DNA of 64,000 nt. It comes from Schmidtea nova. Taxonomy: Eukaryota. Below, one piece after another: positions 23,714-35,578 of the stretch (position 1 is the stretch's first letter; every line of letters begins with the position of its first letter). The translations under genes and the position numbers were made by a program. Location of the stretch: the NCBI GenBank assembly GCA_044892505.1, contig CM097882.1:174778001-174842000 (forward strand), in the 5' to 3' direction. The notes beneath the pieces are model-generated. The model searched no databases and was not told the origin of the DNA. It saw only the letters and a program-made list of their open reading frames with translations.

Positions 23714-24283
23714 TATTTTTATTATATATCACTTTTTATTATGAATATTTTAGGTATTTATAACTCACTTTATCTTTGTTTTCTTTCATTGTTTTTGCGC
23801 TGACATGTTTTCGCTATTTTATTTACGTGTAATTACATGAGAATTCAACAGTTTTATTTTTGACATTTTTCCAAATGCCGCCACGGATTTATTTTGATTA
23901 TTTTGTAGATATTAGTATAATCATGATTTCATTTTTAATATATACTTTTTTTAAATAATAATAATAACCTTACAAAGTGCCTTATCCGACATTCTTTAAG
24001 GATTTTCAATATATTTTAAACTTATTTTACATGGCACTGCTATTATGAATCAAATTTATAAAATCTAATTCGATTTATTTTTCCACTTCCTTTTTATATA
24101 GATTTAAATGAGTTACAAAATGATATTGGAAATTTTAATTACAAGATAATTAATAAATTTTATCTATAAAATATTTTAAATGAAAAAAAATTTTCAAAAA
24201 AATTTTTGGTAAGAGCTATTTACAAGTATTTCAAAACTGGCTATCACTAGTATTTTATTATTGTATAAATAAACATTGTAAGG

Positions 24284-24362
24284 CAGCGTTTTCCAACCCT
24301 TTTACGATTATCGCCCATTTCCAATTGCTGAAAATTCAAATCGCCCAGATTGGGAAACACTG
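24284..24362. mobile_element. Tiny hAT-type MITE remnant upstream of CTL-B (also in copies 2 and 3)
   Basis: CAGCGTTTTCCAA ... TTGGGAAACACTG imperfect TIRs; no TSD seen. Confidence 0.5.
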
Positions 24363-25178
24363 GGGTAGAGTAGATGTAACTACATGAAAGGTAATGTGTG
24401 TGCGTCATATATTGTTATACTATAAAGATTGACAAATTGAGGGCAGAGGTGTATGTAGACGGAGGTCATTTATAGGATTTGTTTGTGTGTGTCTGTGCTA
24501 TATATATAGTATCTAGATTCTAGAATTTAGAAAGATACGGAAATATTAAAATTTTAAGGCAAACAGTAATGTAAGGTATGCTATCATTTAGAACGTGGCT
24601 TTCATTGCTTAAAGCTTCATTTTTTGTTGATCTTTTAATTCCTTACCTAATTTTTCTGTAAAATATTGTTTTATTGAAGATACATATAAAAAATCCCTGC
24701 TCAAAATTTGCTTTATCATTAAAGATATCAAAAAATGCCAATCATTATTATGCTACATCATATCCAAAATATAAAATAAAGTAACATTGTGCTGGTGTGT
24801 TGGTTAGATGGACAACTGAGATCATCAAGATTTTATATGTTAGGGTGATCTCGCCAACATAAAAACATTCCCCCGCTGACACCCATGATGTATCCCTAAC
24901 TACTCATCATGTTGGTGCTGTGTCAACGTTGTGAAATGACAAGGCAGGTGAGCAACCTTGCGGCTACTATTCCCTTGTTTATTCACGGGTCCACCACTAC
25001 CGATAGAAGGTGTTTGTGGATTTCTTTCGGTCCCTTTATATCTCGCTCTTTCCTGTGCTCTAGGGTTAATTCAATTTTAACGTATCTGCAGCTTCAAATG
25101 AACCAGGTTTTCATTACATTTAATTCTCATACATTCCGCAGATAAACAAGACAAGTCAAATCATTCGTCTATATACAT

Positions 25179-25817
25179 TTATTTATAATTTAACAACATT
25201 GAGGGTCTAATTACATTCAGTAATTCTTGCTCTGATAGTCCACTGAGCAGATCTACCTCTAGGCCTAGGCGATCAGCATATGCGCGTCGTTCCCTACGCT
25301 TTTTCGCTCCTAAGCGATTCCTTCGCTTTGTCCTTTGCGACCCTTGTGGAATCATTGTTGTTACTTCCGTAGACGATGTTATGATTGTTTCAGTTTCGGT
25401 TTGTGTACCTGTGGTTGTTGACGTCGAATCTATCCATTTGTTGAAGGTACTCGCCCTAATCACTGGGCGTAACTGCTCTGAGATGAATTCTTGAGTCGAC
25501 ACTCTCAAGTAATTAGATAGCTCCAGTTTCAAGGCTGCGACCTCTCTAGCCTGATCGTTGGCTACTTGTTCGGCTCTGTATCTGGCTTGCAGGATGGCTT
25601 TAACCCTTTCGGGATTAAACCACGTTGTTTTTTTCCTTTGATGTTCAGCGCTTAGCTGTCGTAAGCGATTTTCCAGAACGCAAGATCGTGCCCTATGTTC
25701 GCGTGCCTCGTGCTTGTAATTTCGTTTCGGATTCTCGTCCATATCTGGGAAATATATCATTAAATAGGGTATGTATGATTTGTTTGGTTTCTCAGTCACC
25801 ATTTTCTCGTCAAACAA
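25179..25817 (-). CDS. Orphan ORF2 (up to 212 aa; likely ATG at 25802 or 25742): coiled-coil, Thr-rich tract, basic NLS-like C-terminal region
   Basis: Uninterrupted frame; the stop overlaps AATAAA on the minus strand; no recognisable domain. Confidence 0.6.
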   Translation of the reverse strand: MFDEKMVTEKPNKSYIPYLMIYFPDMDENPKRNYKHEAREHRARSCVLENRLRQLSAEHQRKKTTWFNPERVKAILQARYRAEQVANDQAREVAALKLELSNYLRVSTQEFISEQLRPVIRASTFNKWIDSTSTTTGTQTETETIITSSTEVTTMIPQGSQRTKRRNRLGAKKRRERRAYADRLGLEVDLLSGLSEQELLNVIRPSMLLNYK

Positions 25818-25936
25818 CTACACTCTATCCTTACTCATTTCACATGCATCCAAAACCAAAACAAAACCCTTTTGAATGGATACATATATTTTAATTTACA
25901 ACAGATGTTCGTTCTTTGGAGGGATCATTCTCGCGA

Positions 25937-26572
25937 TCAATTGTATGGACGCAACTCCTGATCGGCAGGGTTCTCGTCCCGGCGAATTCCTGTTTCATGA
26001 TATAGTTCGGGCGCTGGATTCCAACTCAGTCTGTTTTGATAGATGAACACCTCCCAGAGGCGAAGATCCTTGGGCTCGGGGTGTTGATCCACTGAGACGC
26101 TTCCGGGAGCGTTTGGGTAGACGAAGACTTCCCCAGTGTCACTACACCGAGGCCTGTCTAGCAGCAAATACCCGAGTTGGCAGAATGCCTGCCCGGTCAT
26201 TATTCCGGTACTCAGTAACCAGCGGGGTTGCTGTACCTCATCTACGAATTGGTAGAACCATCTAACGGATCCTCCTTTGGTAGAACTCGGGGAAGGCGTC
26301 CAATCGACATCGCCTTCCCACCTCAACTGTAGCTGGAATGCACAGGCGGGAATACTGGCCGCTGCACTCATATGGGTCCTTGTCCATCGACGCAGGTGTC
26401 TACGTGCGGAGTTGAAAATTGGGCGTGGAGCCTCCTTCTCTCCTTTGATTTCGGAAGTTATTCTTGGTATGATGACGGAGCGGATGCGCCGTTTCCTCCG
26501 TAGAATATACTCCTCTAATTTGATGGGTAGGGGGTCTACCGGCTCCTTCATAAAATGTTCCGTTTTTATCAT
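25937..26572 (-). CDS. Orphan ORF1 (211 aa): basic N-terminus (RRKRRIR) and Trp/Pro-rich body
   Basis: Uninterrupted ATG-initiated frame with ACC-ATG context; no recognisable domain. Confidence 0.6.
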   Translation of the reverse strand: MIKTEHFMKEPVDPLPIKLEEYILRRKRRIRSVIIPRITSEIKGEKEAPRPIFNSARRHLRRWTRTHMSAAASIPACAFQLQLRWEGDVDWTPSPSSTKGGSVRWFYQFVDEVQQPRWLLSTGIMTGQAFCQLGYLLLDRPRCSDTGEVFVYPNAPGSVSVDQHPEPKDLRLWEVFIYQNRLSWNPAPELYHETGIRRDENPADQELRPYN

Positions 26573-27569
26573 GGTACTTCTGAAAGAAATGTCCAGGTTA
26601 ACCGACAGCGTCTATCATTGATCATCGATATTTATATCGATCAACCTACTTGGCTTATCGCTCTATTTGCCGTAGGCCTCAGTAGCTCATACACCGTTTA
26701 TTAGACCAGTGGTCACGATATCCATGTAGGTTGCAGTTAAGGTTTTACTTTGGTGAGTTAATTCACTCCGCAATTTTTGGCGGTTTTAGCTACTCTCATT
26801 TCACGTCGGTATTTACAATAATACATTATATTTTTTTATGTTCAATTTCTCATCGATCATTTTCATTCATTCAACACGGTTCGTTTACCGATCATCATCA
26901 GCAACTATCAAGGTTCATGTCACGGGGGAGAAATTAGTAATCCCTTAGTCAAACTGCTTTGTCAAGAAACGTACCAATTTTGGTTTTCCTACTGTCGGGA
27001 TTGACCTTTCATACCCTCCGAGGGTTATATTCATATGTTAGAAGCATATTCGAGTTACTACTACTTCTTGATGCTAGTGTCTTTTGTCCGCGACGTTACG
27101 CTTTACATATCTCTACTCTCGTCGACTTTCGATGTATCAGCACTCCTTGAAGGTACACACCCTCGTTGAGATATCACCAAGCATATATACTCCATGCGAA
27201 GTTAAATTTTACTTTGATTTGATTTATGACCCTCATCTGTTACTCGATACCCTATGTGCATTTACCCCTTCCGCTTATCAAATAGTTAGTAAACCTATAG
27301 TCCCGCCGCATCAGCACCTCACATAAAAATGTGTTGCGCTGAGAGGCCCAAGAATCCGTCAGGCTGTTAGGCCTCCGGAAAACCTTTTGGATTTTAGCAT
27401 GATTATGAGGGTTTAAACAAATCAAAAACGTAACTCGAAATTACCTTTTATTTTCGCTTCCAAATCAGGTTCACAAGATTACTACAAGTTATCAGTTACA
27501 ACTTGCACTCGGTAAAAATGACATATTGTCAATACTGATTTATCTTCAGTATTTATACTAAACCGGTGT

Positions 27570-27955
27570 TGTTGGTCAGCCAATCAGCATCGAGTATGTG
27601 TGTCTGTTTGTTCGTTCTGTTGTGTTGTCGGCTTTTTGCTGCCTAATTCAACTCACTGATTGGTTTGTTTAATCATGCGATAAGTTTTTCTTTGTCATCA
27701 ATTTATTTTATTTTATTTTTGTTTTAGGTCTTCGGTGACGTCCGCCCACGCGCTGTCATATTCAGATTTTATCTGTTTCGCATGAGTGAGTTTTTGAGTT
27801 TTATTTTGTTCTGATTAATGTTTTATTTCTTTTAGATATTGCCGCTCATTTGCTACTTTTTATGCTGGTAATTTATTTTGTTGTTATTTTTTTGTAGCTT
27901 TATTTTATTGATTGTATATTATTTTCAGATGCTGCTCGATTTGGCTGGCCCAACA
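27570..27955. repeat. 386-bp solo-LTR-like or MITE module with TG..CA ends
   Basis: It starts TGTTGGTCAGCCAA and ends TTGGCTGGCCCAACA (an imperfect 14-15 bp inverted pair). Confidence 0.55.
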
Positions 27956-28565
27956 ATTGTAAATTATTAATAATTTAAATTTTTCATTTACATAGTCTTT
28001 AATATTTTTCTTTTCAGTTTGATTACTAGTCATTCAACACTATATGGCGCTCATTAAAATCAATATAATAAAATTCTATGATATAAAATACTCTCATATG
28101 TATGTTGGCGGTGTACTGCTGATGAATAAAATCTTCTTTGTGGAGTACAATCCTGGAGGAAAGCAAGATAGATTCTATCTGATAGAATCTGATTTTCTAT
28201 ATGATAGAAAATTAAAATGAACGCTCAAATAGGAGCAAATAATGCATTTATTTTTGACAATGAAAACAGTTGAAATGCATTGTAAGCTTGCATACATTTA
28301 ATAACAATTGTTGCATTGTCGTGTGCTGTTTGTGTGCATTATAGAAATTTTATTCATCGTAAGTACATCGCTAACACACAAGTGAGTTTCTGCAACTTCC
28401 ATAATATAATTTTATTTTATATTATAGGGATTCTAATGAGTGCTTTTACGGTGTATATTCAATTTAAATTTAAAATAATTTTTGCTGATCATTTGCTAAT
28501 ATTATTTAAATAAATTTTTATTATACTAAATTATATAAATTATAATCGCTATTATGAGTGTTATG

Positions 28566-29989
28566 CAGTGGCGGACTGGGCTGGCGGGACACCGGGACAT
28601 TTCCCGGTGGGCCGGTCGAATTAGAGGCCGCGAGGCCGGCGATATGTAAACTATTAAATTATTTCTTCTGATTAAAAAAAATAAATAAATGAAACAATAT
28701 ACAATACACCCATACCTCGCTTTACGGCCTAGATACGTTCTACGAAACTTGGCCGCAAAGCGAACAGCCGTATAACGAATCAATTATTCTAATTATCAAT
28801 GCAATTATCAATGCAAACTTTAAGAATAAATTATCGATTAGGCGTTAATGGGTTAAATAAATACTTATGGTATTATATTGTTAAATTATTTACGTTTATT
28901 ATTTAGAAAAAATGGAAAAAAGAAAATTTAAAGAAGGCGCTCAAAAAGAGAGAGAAAAGCGACAAAAAATCATGCAAGAAGCTGATAAAAATACTCTTAA
29001 ATTAAGTGATATGTTTGCTTCAACTTCTAAGATCAATGCATTTGATATTGAAAATTTGAATAAGGATTTGGATTTAAGTTCATCAGTTTCGAGGAATTAT
29101 GATACTATTATGTGTCCCATTGGCGCAGATAAAGTTGAAACATCAATTCTCGAAGAAATAACTTCAGTTTCAACTTCCACCCAGGCCAATAATGAAATGA
29201 TAACACCAACAAACAAAATGTTTAATTTCTTATCAGATAATTATTTCATAAGGCCAGGAAATCAAAATTATGAAGAGTTTTTTAAAAAACATCCATGCCA
29301 ACCAACCATTGATGACATTACTAATTTACCTTTTAAACCAAATTTAATATTTTATAGAGAAGATAAAGTAAATAGGCGTTGGCTATCATATAGTTTGGAA
29401 AAAAATACTCTATTTTGTACCATGTGTTTGGCTTACAGTGATATTACAAACGAGAGTTCGTTTGTAAATCGTGGAATGACGGACTGGAGGCACACTTTGC
29501 AACGTGTTAAAGAACATGAAAATAGTAAAACTCATGAAAATTGTGTAAATTGTCATATGCTCAAATCTAAAGGCAAAGATATTTATAATTTAATGTTCAC
29601 AAATGAAGGAAGCATACGTCATAAAAATATTATTGAACGAAAGCAAGTATTGGAAAGAATTATAGATGTTGTAAAATTAATTGGAAAAAGAGGATTAGCT
29701 TTTCGCGCTCACCGATCTGAATCTGTTTCTTCACTTTCACTTGAAAATAATCAAGAAGACAATGGTAATTTTTTAGAAATAATATTGCTACTCTCTAAAT
29801 ATGACGCTGTTTTAAAATTACATTTATCAAGAGTCATCAAAGAAAAGAAGAAAAATAATGAAACATCTGCGGGAACTAAAGGTAGAGGCAGTTTCATTTC
29901 ATTAATTTCAAAATCTACTATTAACCAGGTAATTTTGGCCAGTGGAAAATTAATTCAAGATAGCATTTTGTTAGATATACAGGAAGCAG
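28566..29989 (+). mobile_element. 5' half of a hAT (ZMYM1/Tip100-like) with transposase ORF 28912-~29995
   Basis: Left TIR CAGTGGCGGACTGGG. The ORF has a TTF-type Zn finger (RWLSYS..LFCTMC...HENSKTH) and DUF4371-like LAFRAH/GNFLEII motifs, and is truncated at DIQEAGY. Confidence 0.88.
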
Positions 29990-30219
29990 GTTATGTGATC
30001 AAATTAATATTTTTATGTAGTTATTTTTGTTGATATTGTTATTGTTATTACTTATTAATCATATGATAATTATTTCCGCCTCTTCCTCAAATTCTTGTGA
30101 TAATATAGTCGTTTATTCCCTATAGTAAGTACCTTACCAACTTACTAAGGAAATTCAAAAATTCAAAAATCAATGGAAATTTTAAATTTGAAAATGACAT
30201 AACAACAGGAAAGTAAATT

Positions 30220-30636
30220 TTGAGAAAAAATAAAAATCAAATACAAAAAGAAATAAATAAAACTAACTTAGATTCAAATCAAACTTTTCCAAAGAAATTA
30301 GAACTTAGAAATTTAAAATTAATATTATTCGAAGCTCAAGGAACTAGTAAAAGATTAATTTATCAGAAGTATTTATCGAGAATTCGAGTGAATTCTCTTT
30401 TACCAAAACCTCGTGAAAACACCGAAAGTCTTCTTCATAATCTTGACCTGAGTTTTAAAGGTGAAGAAAATTATATATTAAGTCATACCAAGCCAACATT
30501 AGCAAACTTTTTCAGCCAAACAAATTTAATCAACAAGGAATTTACCGTCTTAACTGTGATACCGAAGAACTATTTGAAAAGAGAAATCAAGCTCGATAAA
30601 AGTAACATTTCGTGGTTTTTTTTGTTATCTCAATAA
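30220..30636 (+). pseudogene. Possible N-terminal region of a Penelope-like element ORF
   Basis: KKLE..L...LHNLDLSFKGEENYILSH resembles the pre-RT 'NLS..L..EE..IL.KG' segment of PLEs; no RT motifs visible. Confidence 0.35.
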
Positions 30637-30819
30637 AAATTGTTTTTAATATTAATTTATTATTTTTTTTATTTGTAGTAAAAATAACTAATTACGAACG
30701 AGTTTTTGAAAATTTTTTTTTATAACATCAATTGCCTATTTAAACAATTGAAATTAAATTAAACACAATAATTAAATTAAGCACATTTCCCCATGATGTC
30801 GTCATCAATATCGCTCGTT

Positions 30820-31330
30820 ATTTCATAGTAATCTAAGTAATGTGGCCGATTTCGTACTCTTATACTTTTACGTACTGAATCGTTAACTTCTAACTCTGCA
30901 ACCTCAGTAGTGTCTTGCATTTGTAATTCGTTCTCTGTGGAATTCTCTTTTTTTAATGTCTGAAACATGACGAGGCATACCGTCAATCTCAAAATTTGTA
31001 GATGAATTTACTTTTGTCACTCTTCCTTCTTTCCTCCGAGAAGTACATCTTCCATGAGGGGGTTTTACAAAAACCACCTCTCCCACAGTAAACCCGCCTT
31101 CTGGATCCATCAAGACATCTTCCACTTCATCTGGGTGTCTCCATACGTAATTGAACGTTAGGTCGGAAGGAGACAAATCCTCATCAACATCGTTTCTTAA
31201 CGCCACATTGTACCATTAAACCATATCCAATGGTTCTCCGCCAGACCGTGCTGTCATACGCTTGATCGTTCTATGGTTCCAAACGCAAATCAAAGACTCT
31301 GTGGGGCTCTTACAACTCCGAAAACAATCA
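30820..31330 (-). pseudogene. Gypsy LTR retrotransposon integrase C-terminal fragment
   Basis: NHRTIKRMTAR...GEVVFVKPPHGRCTSRRKEGRVTKVNSSTNFEIDGMPRHVSD and a downstream RKSIRVRNRPHYLDYY tail. Confidence 0.75.
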
Positions 31331-32172
31331 CGCAAATAAGTTCTTAACTAATAAATCGCACTCTAACAAAAAAACATTTCATACACGAATTACATAAACA
31401 ATGAGCAATAATTTTAAAAATATACAAAGATTTATTGTCGAAAAAACAAGAATTGATTTAGAAATTAAAAAACTGTTTTTAAAAAACATTTTTAAGTCTA
31501 GAATATGCCTATAAACTGAGTAGCAATTTAATATATGATTTTTTATAAATGTTGAAATATTTGTTTTCTAAAAAGAATTGGAAGTCTTATGAATATTAAA
31601 AACTAAAATTACAAGTATGAAATTTTAGTTTTATGCGGAATTTCTATGAAATCGGTATTTGAATAATTTGAAAAATGTCTCAAGAAAATCTTTTTTAAGT
31701 AATAACAAGAAAAAGAGCTTATTATATTTTTACAAGTTTTCAATGAATAAATATTTGGAACTTATTCAGTTGATATGGAGTCAGAGGAGTTCAACACGAT
31801 AACGATTGATTGCTTTATTAAGATATTTATTATATTAATACAAATGATTTTGTTTAATTAATCTTCTCTTCCTTATTTCTTTCTTTTTCAAAATAAAGTA
31901 TAAAAATTTATCCAAATCCAATCATGACATCTGAGAGCATTTTACCCGTTAAGATAGTCCTAGAAGCTGTTCAAGAAAACAAAATTGTAAGACAATATTT
32001 ATTACACAAAAGTTTTCTAAAAAAAATAGTTTGAATAAATAGTATATTAAAAATAGTCTGTTCATTACAAATATAAATTTAAAATTATCTGTAAAATAAT
32101 TTTTTTCTTCCCTTTTAACCTGTTTCACTCCTTCAAAATTTCATTTATCTTCATTTAGTTTTCTACTGTGAA

Positions 32173-34308
32173 CATGGGCGCCCGCATAAAATTTTCTAGG
32201 AGGGGGGCAAAATATTTTTAGTAATGTCTTAATGTAGTTTTAATTTATTGTAGAGTATTTGTATGGTGAACGAACGAACAGGACACTGTAGTAATGAAGG
32301 GCATACTGTAGCAACAAATTTTTTATTAACACAATATATGTATATAACAAAAAATATTATAACATAAATTTAAAATAAAATTTATTCTTTAAACAAGAAC
32401 TGGAGTCATCTGTTATCACTATCAAACATATCTACAATTTTGTCCATAAAGTCTTTTTTGTTGCAGTTCACTTTGTCTTTGTGTACGCTTAACATGCACA
32501 ATCCAGACAGACGTTCATCTGACATTTTAGATCTAAGCCATGGCTGTTTGAGAGGTTTTAAAGATTTTCAGATATCCATGTCGCCTAAAAGTAACAAGGA
32601 AGACAAAGATAAAGAATAAATAAGAAAAAACAAAAAAGAAGAAACAAAAAAGAAGGAAACTTAAACTAAAACTAAAATCCAACCAGTCTCCATAGGCCTG
32701 GTAGAAATTAAAATAAATACAAGTTAACAATTAAAAATCTTTATAATAATATAACATAATTAACAAAATAAATTATGTTAATTTATAATATAACAAGCTT
32801 AGTAATTATAACTAAAGGAAAATAATCACAATAATTAGATCACAATAATCCATGTTGCACTCTGTCACCTAATACTTAACAATGAACTTTGAACAATTAT
32901 TTTACACTCATGTATACTTTGAATTACTTATAAAAGTTGATGTTTGGTTTCGTAATTTATTATGGATGGACATAGAATGGTATAGGTAGATAGGAAAATA
33001 AATAATTAAAATAACATCATTTATTTAAAGAAAAAGATACAGAAAAATATTTCTACGATAAAAATCTAAAAACTTAAATTATACGCTATTCCCCGTAAAA
33101 ATTCTAACGTTGTTCTACTATGTCGGTTATTTTCAATCGTTGCCAATACTTGGTTCTTCTCTAGATATTGTTTTTTACGTTAGGGCCGCGGTTCCCCCAG
33201 AATTATGGATTCCGTTTCAGCTGCAGTGCTGTCTTGTTTTTGTCTAAACTGCTTAATTATGTAGAATATCCCAGGATGATTTTTTCCAACCAATATTTGC
33301 CATCTTCTGTGCCTACCCTCTACTTTGTTTTGAGTTATTGGTATGCCGTTTATTTTGTTGTCATATATAGACCAAAGCTGAGGTTGAAAAAGTGGTGGGA
33401 CTCTCTATTCTCTTCAATTTATATGCTTTAATCGGCCATTCACATAATTTTCTTAGAACCATGTCACCACTTCTTCAGCAGTAGGGGGTAATTTATTTTT
33501 ACCAGACTTCTCTTATATAACATGAATTATGTAAAGTATCTAGTTTTTACATTCCGATATACGAAGCATAATTTGTCAATAAAAATCAATTTATCTAATT
33601 AGATTACTTAACGACATTTATATGAAAAAGTAGAGTGAACATTTGTCTGTCGGCTTTTTGTCTGTCGGCCTATTGTCTGTCGGCCTTTTGTCTATGTCGG
33701 CCTTTTGTCTGTCGGCCTTTTGTCTCTGAAGGCCTTTTGTCTATGTCGGCCTTTTGTCCGGATCCCAATTAAAATAGATGATTTATATTTTTCTAATACT
33801 TTTTTGGTGGCGAAGGTCCCACGCCCATCGGCCAATTTTCTCTTTTGCGGTTGACATTAAGGAGAGCATGTAATAAATTAATGTATGGTAAGGTTTAGTA
33901 ATACTAACAGCTCGATTCACAAGTTTATTTATATAAAGGATACAGGAGTATTTGCTTAGGTAAATACAATACGACGCGAAGAGTTTACGGGACGCGTTTC
34001 TTCTTTAGGCGGTATGGAAAGAATGATCGGCCCAAGCAATGAGGCACAGGGCGAAGAGTTTACGGGACGCGTTTCTTCTTTAGGCGGTATGGAAAGAATG
34101 ATCGGCACAAGCAATGAGGCACAGGGCCGTCACACCGGTGATTCGCCAACTTGGTGATGATGTTGCTCCAGGCCGTCCAACGTTCTGCCTCTCATACATT
34201 TTTATGCTAACACAAAGTGATTTAAAATAAAAGTAACATTATTTGAGTATTTTCAATCAATCCAGGGGGATCAAGTGCCCCCTTGCCACCCTCCTGCGGG
34301 CACCCATG
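32173..34308 (-). mobile_element. Internally deleted hAT (ZMYM1/P52rIPK-like), copy A1
   Basis: Ends CATGGGCGCCCGCA ... TGCGGGCACCCATG with a perfect 8-bp TSD, ACTGTGAA; only the transposase start and last codons are retained. Confidence 0.92.
33642..33766. repeat. Short tandem array of (TGTC)TGTCGGCCTTT ending GGATCCC (subterminal repeats of a nested DNA transposon)
   Basis: About 7 copies of a 15-17 bp unit; repeated at ~48595-48720 and ~63523-63648. Confidence 0.7.
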
Positions 34309-34713
34309 ACTGTGAAGATCAATATTTTCTATAAATGAAAACTAAATCAGAATAGGCAAAATTCAATATCAATCATCAAATATCCAACCATATAAACCTA
34401 TATAGGTAATAATATGATAATGATATTTTTCGTTATTGCTGAGATTTTAAAGTTATTTTTCGGTTTTAAACTGAAAAAAGCATTCTGTTCACCGATTCAC
34501 AGTGAGCATAGAATGAAATAGCAATAATATTGAAAATGTATCAAGAATTTTTATTTAGGGTTTATTTGTTATTGAAGATATCCAATTTTATACATTGACC
34601 TGTGTACTAAATCAATTAAATAATTATTTATATTAATTACAAATTAAAAACCTTGTGTTAATATGTTATTAATTTGATAATAATAGATTTTTAAAACTTG
34701 TCTTATTTTATTT

Positions 34714-35578
34714 AAAATGCTAAATAACTTAGAAGACAACATTGGTGTCACAAGTGCGGGTCAAGAAAGTAGCCACATCCATTTGAAAATTCCAACCTTT
34801 TTCGAAAATGTGTCAGTTTGGTTCAAGCAAGTAGACGCAGCATTGGAACTAGCATCAATCAAAAATAAAAAAAATCAAATACTTTCACTTGTTACACAGT
34901 CTACTATCACGTGTACTCGAAAAATACTCGTATTTAATGGATCAACACATTAGCCATCCATATTCAGCTCTAAAAGAAGAATTATCAATGACACAAAAGA
35001 AGCAGCAAACAAATTTTCGCAAAAGTAGAAACTTAGAGATTGTAAACCAAACCAATTTCTCATAGAAATAAAAGAGAAACTACAAACAAATCGAGCCTGA
35101 CGGTGACCCAGAAACCAGCAAAATTCTCAGATACCAGTTAATCACCTGCATGCCAGTTCATATTCAACATTACTGATATCAAGCAACGCTGGCATTGAAA
35201 ATTGGCCAAAGTCGCCAACTTGTACGTAAGCATTAATGATTAGTATATTTCACAGGTGTAAAGTGAGATCATTGTCGGAAACTTCCATCATCTTGCAATA
35301 GAAAATTTGAAAGACCAAATCAATGCCATAATGGCAAATAAAAACTCAATCCAAATGGAACACCGTTCAAGTGAAGAAACAATATTATTTTCACAGAAGA
35401 TTCGTAAAAGAAACCAGGAAATTCCAGAATCCTGCTGTTGGTGCGATTCAGCTAAGTTTGGAAAAGACCAAGAATCTATTTAATGTCTACGACAGGGATC
35501 CAATGCTCAACTCAACAGTCAACAAATATTAATGCACTGTTTTATTTTATATAAAATGCTAAATAACTTAGAAGACAA
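34714..35578 (+). mobile_element. Collapsed Gypsy remnant: LTR end, PBS, gag fragment, repeated LTR end (copy at ~49610-50473)
   Basis: AAAATGCTAAATAACTTAGAAGACAA occurs at 34714-34739 and 35553-35578. After the first copy comes CA-T-TGGTGTCACAAGTG (tRNA-Leu-type PBS) and the gag motif LKIPTFFENVSVWFKQVDAALELASI. Confidence 0.72.

Larger units (their letters stand above)
24791..27955. mobile_element. 3.2 kb GC-richer insertion flanked by ATTGT direct repeats, absent from the duplicated copies
   Basis: ATTGT at 24786-24790 and 27956-27960. The empty site AAAGTAACATTGTAAATTATT is seen at ~45725-45745 and ~60653-60673. Confidence 0.7.

Noticed and set aside
26277-26621. 114-aa plus-strand ORF and other small overlapping ORFs (e.g. 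25625-25894, 39949-40191, 40745-40993)
   Set aside because: They are antisense or alternative-frame shadows of longer coding sequences.
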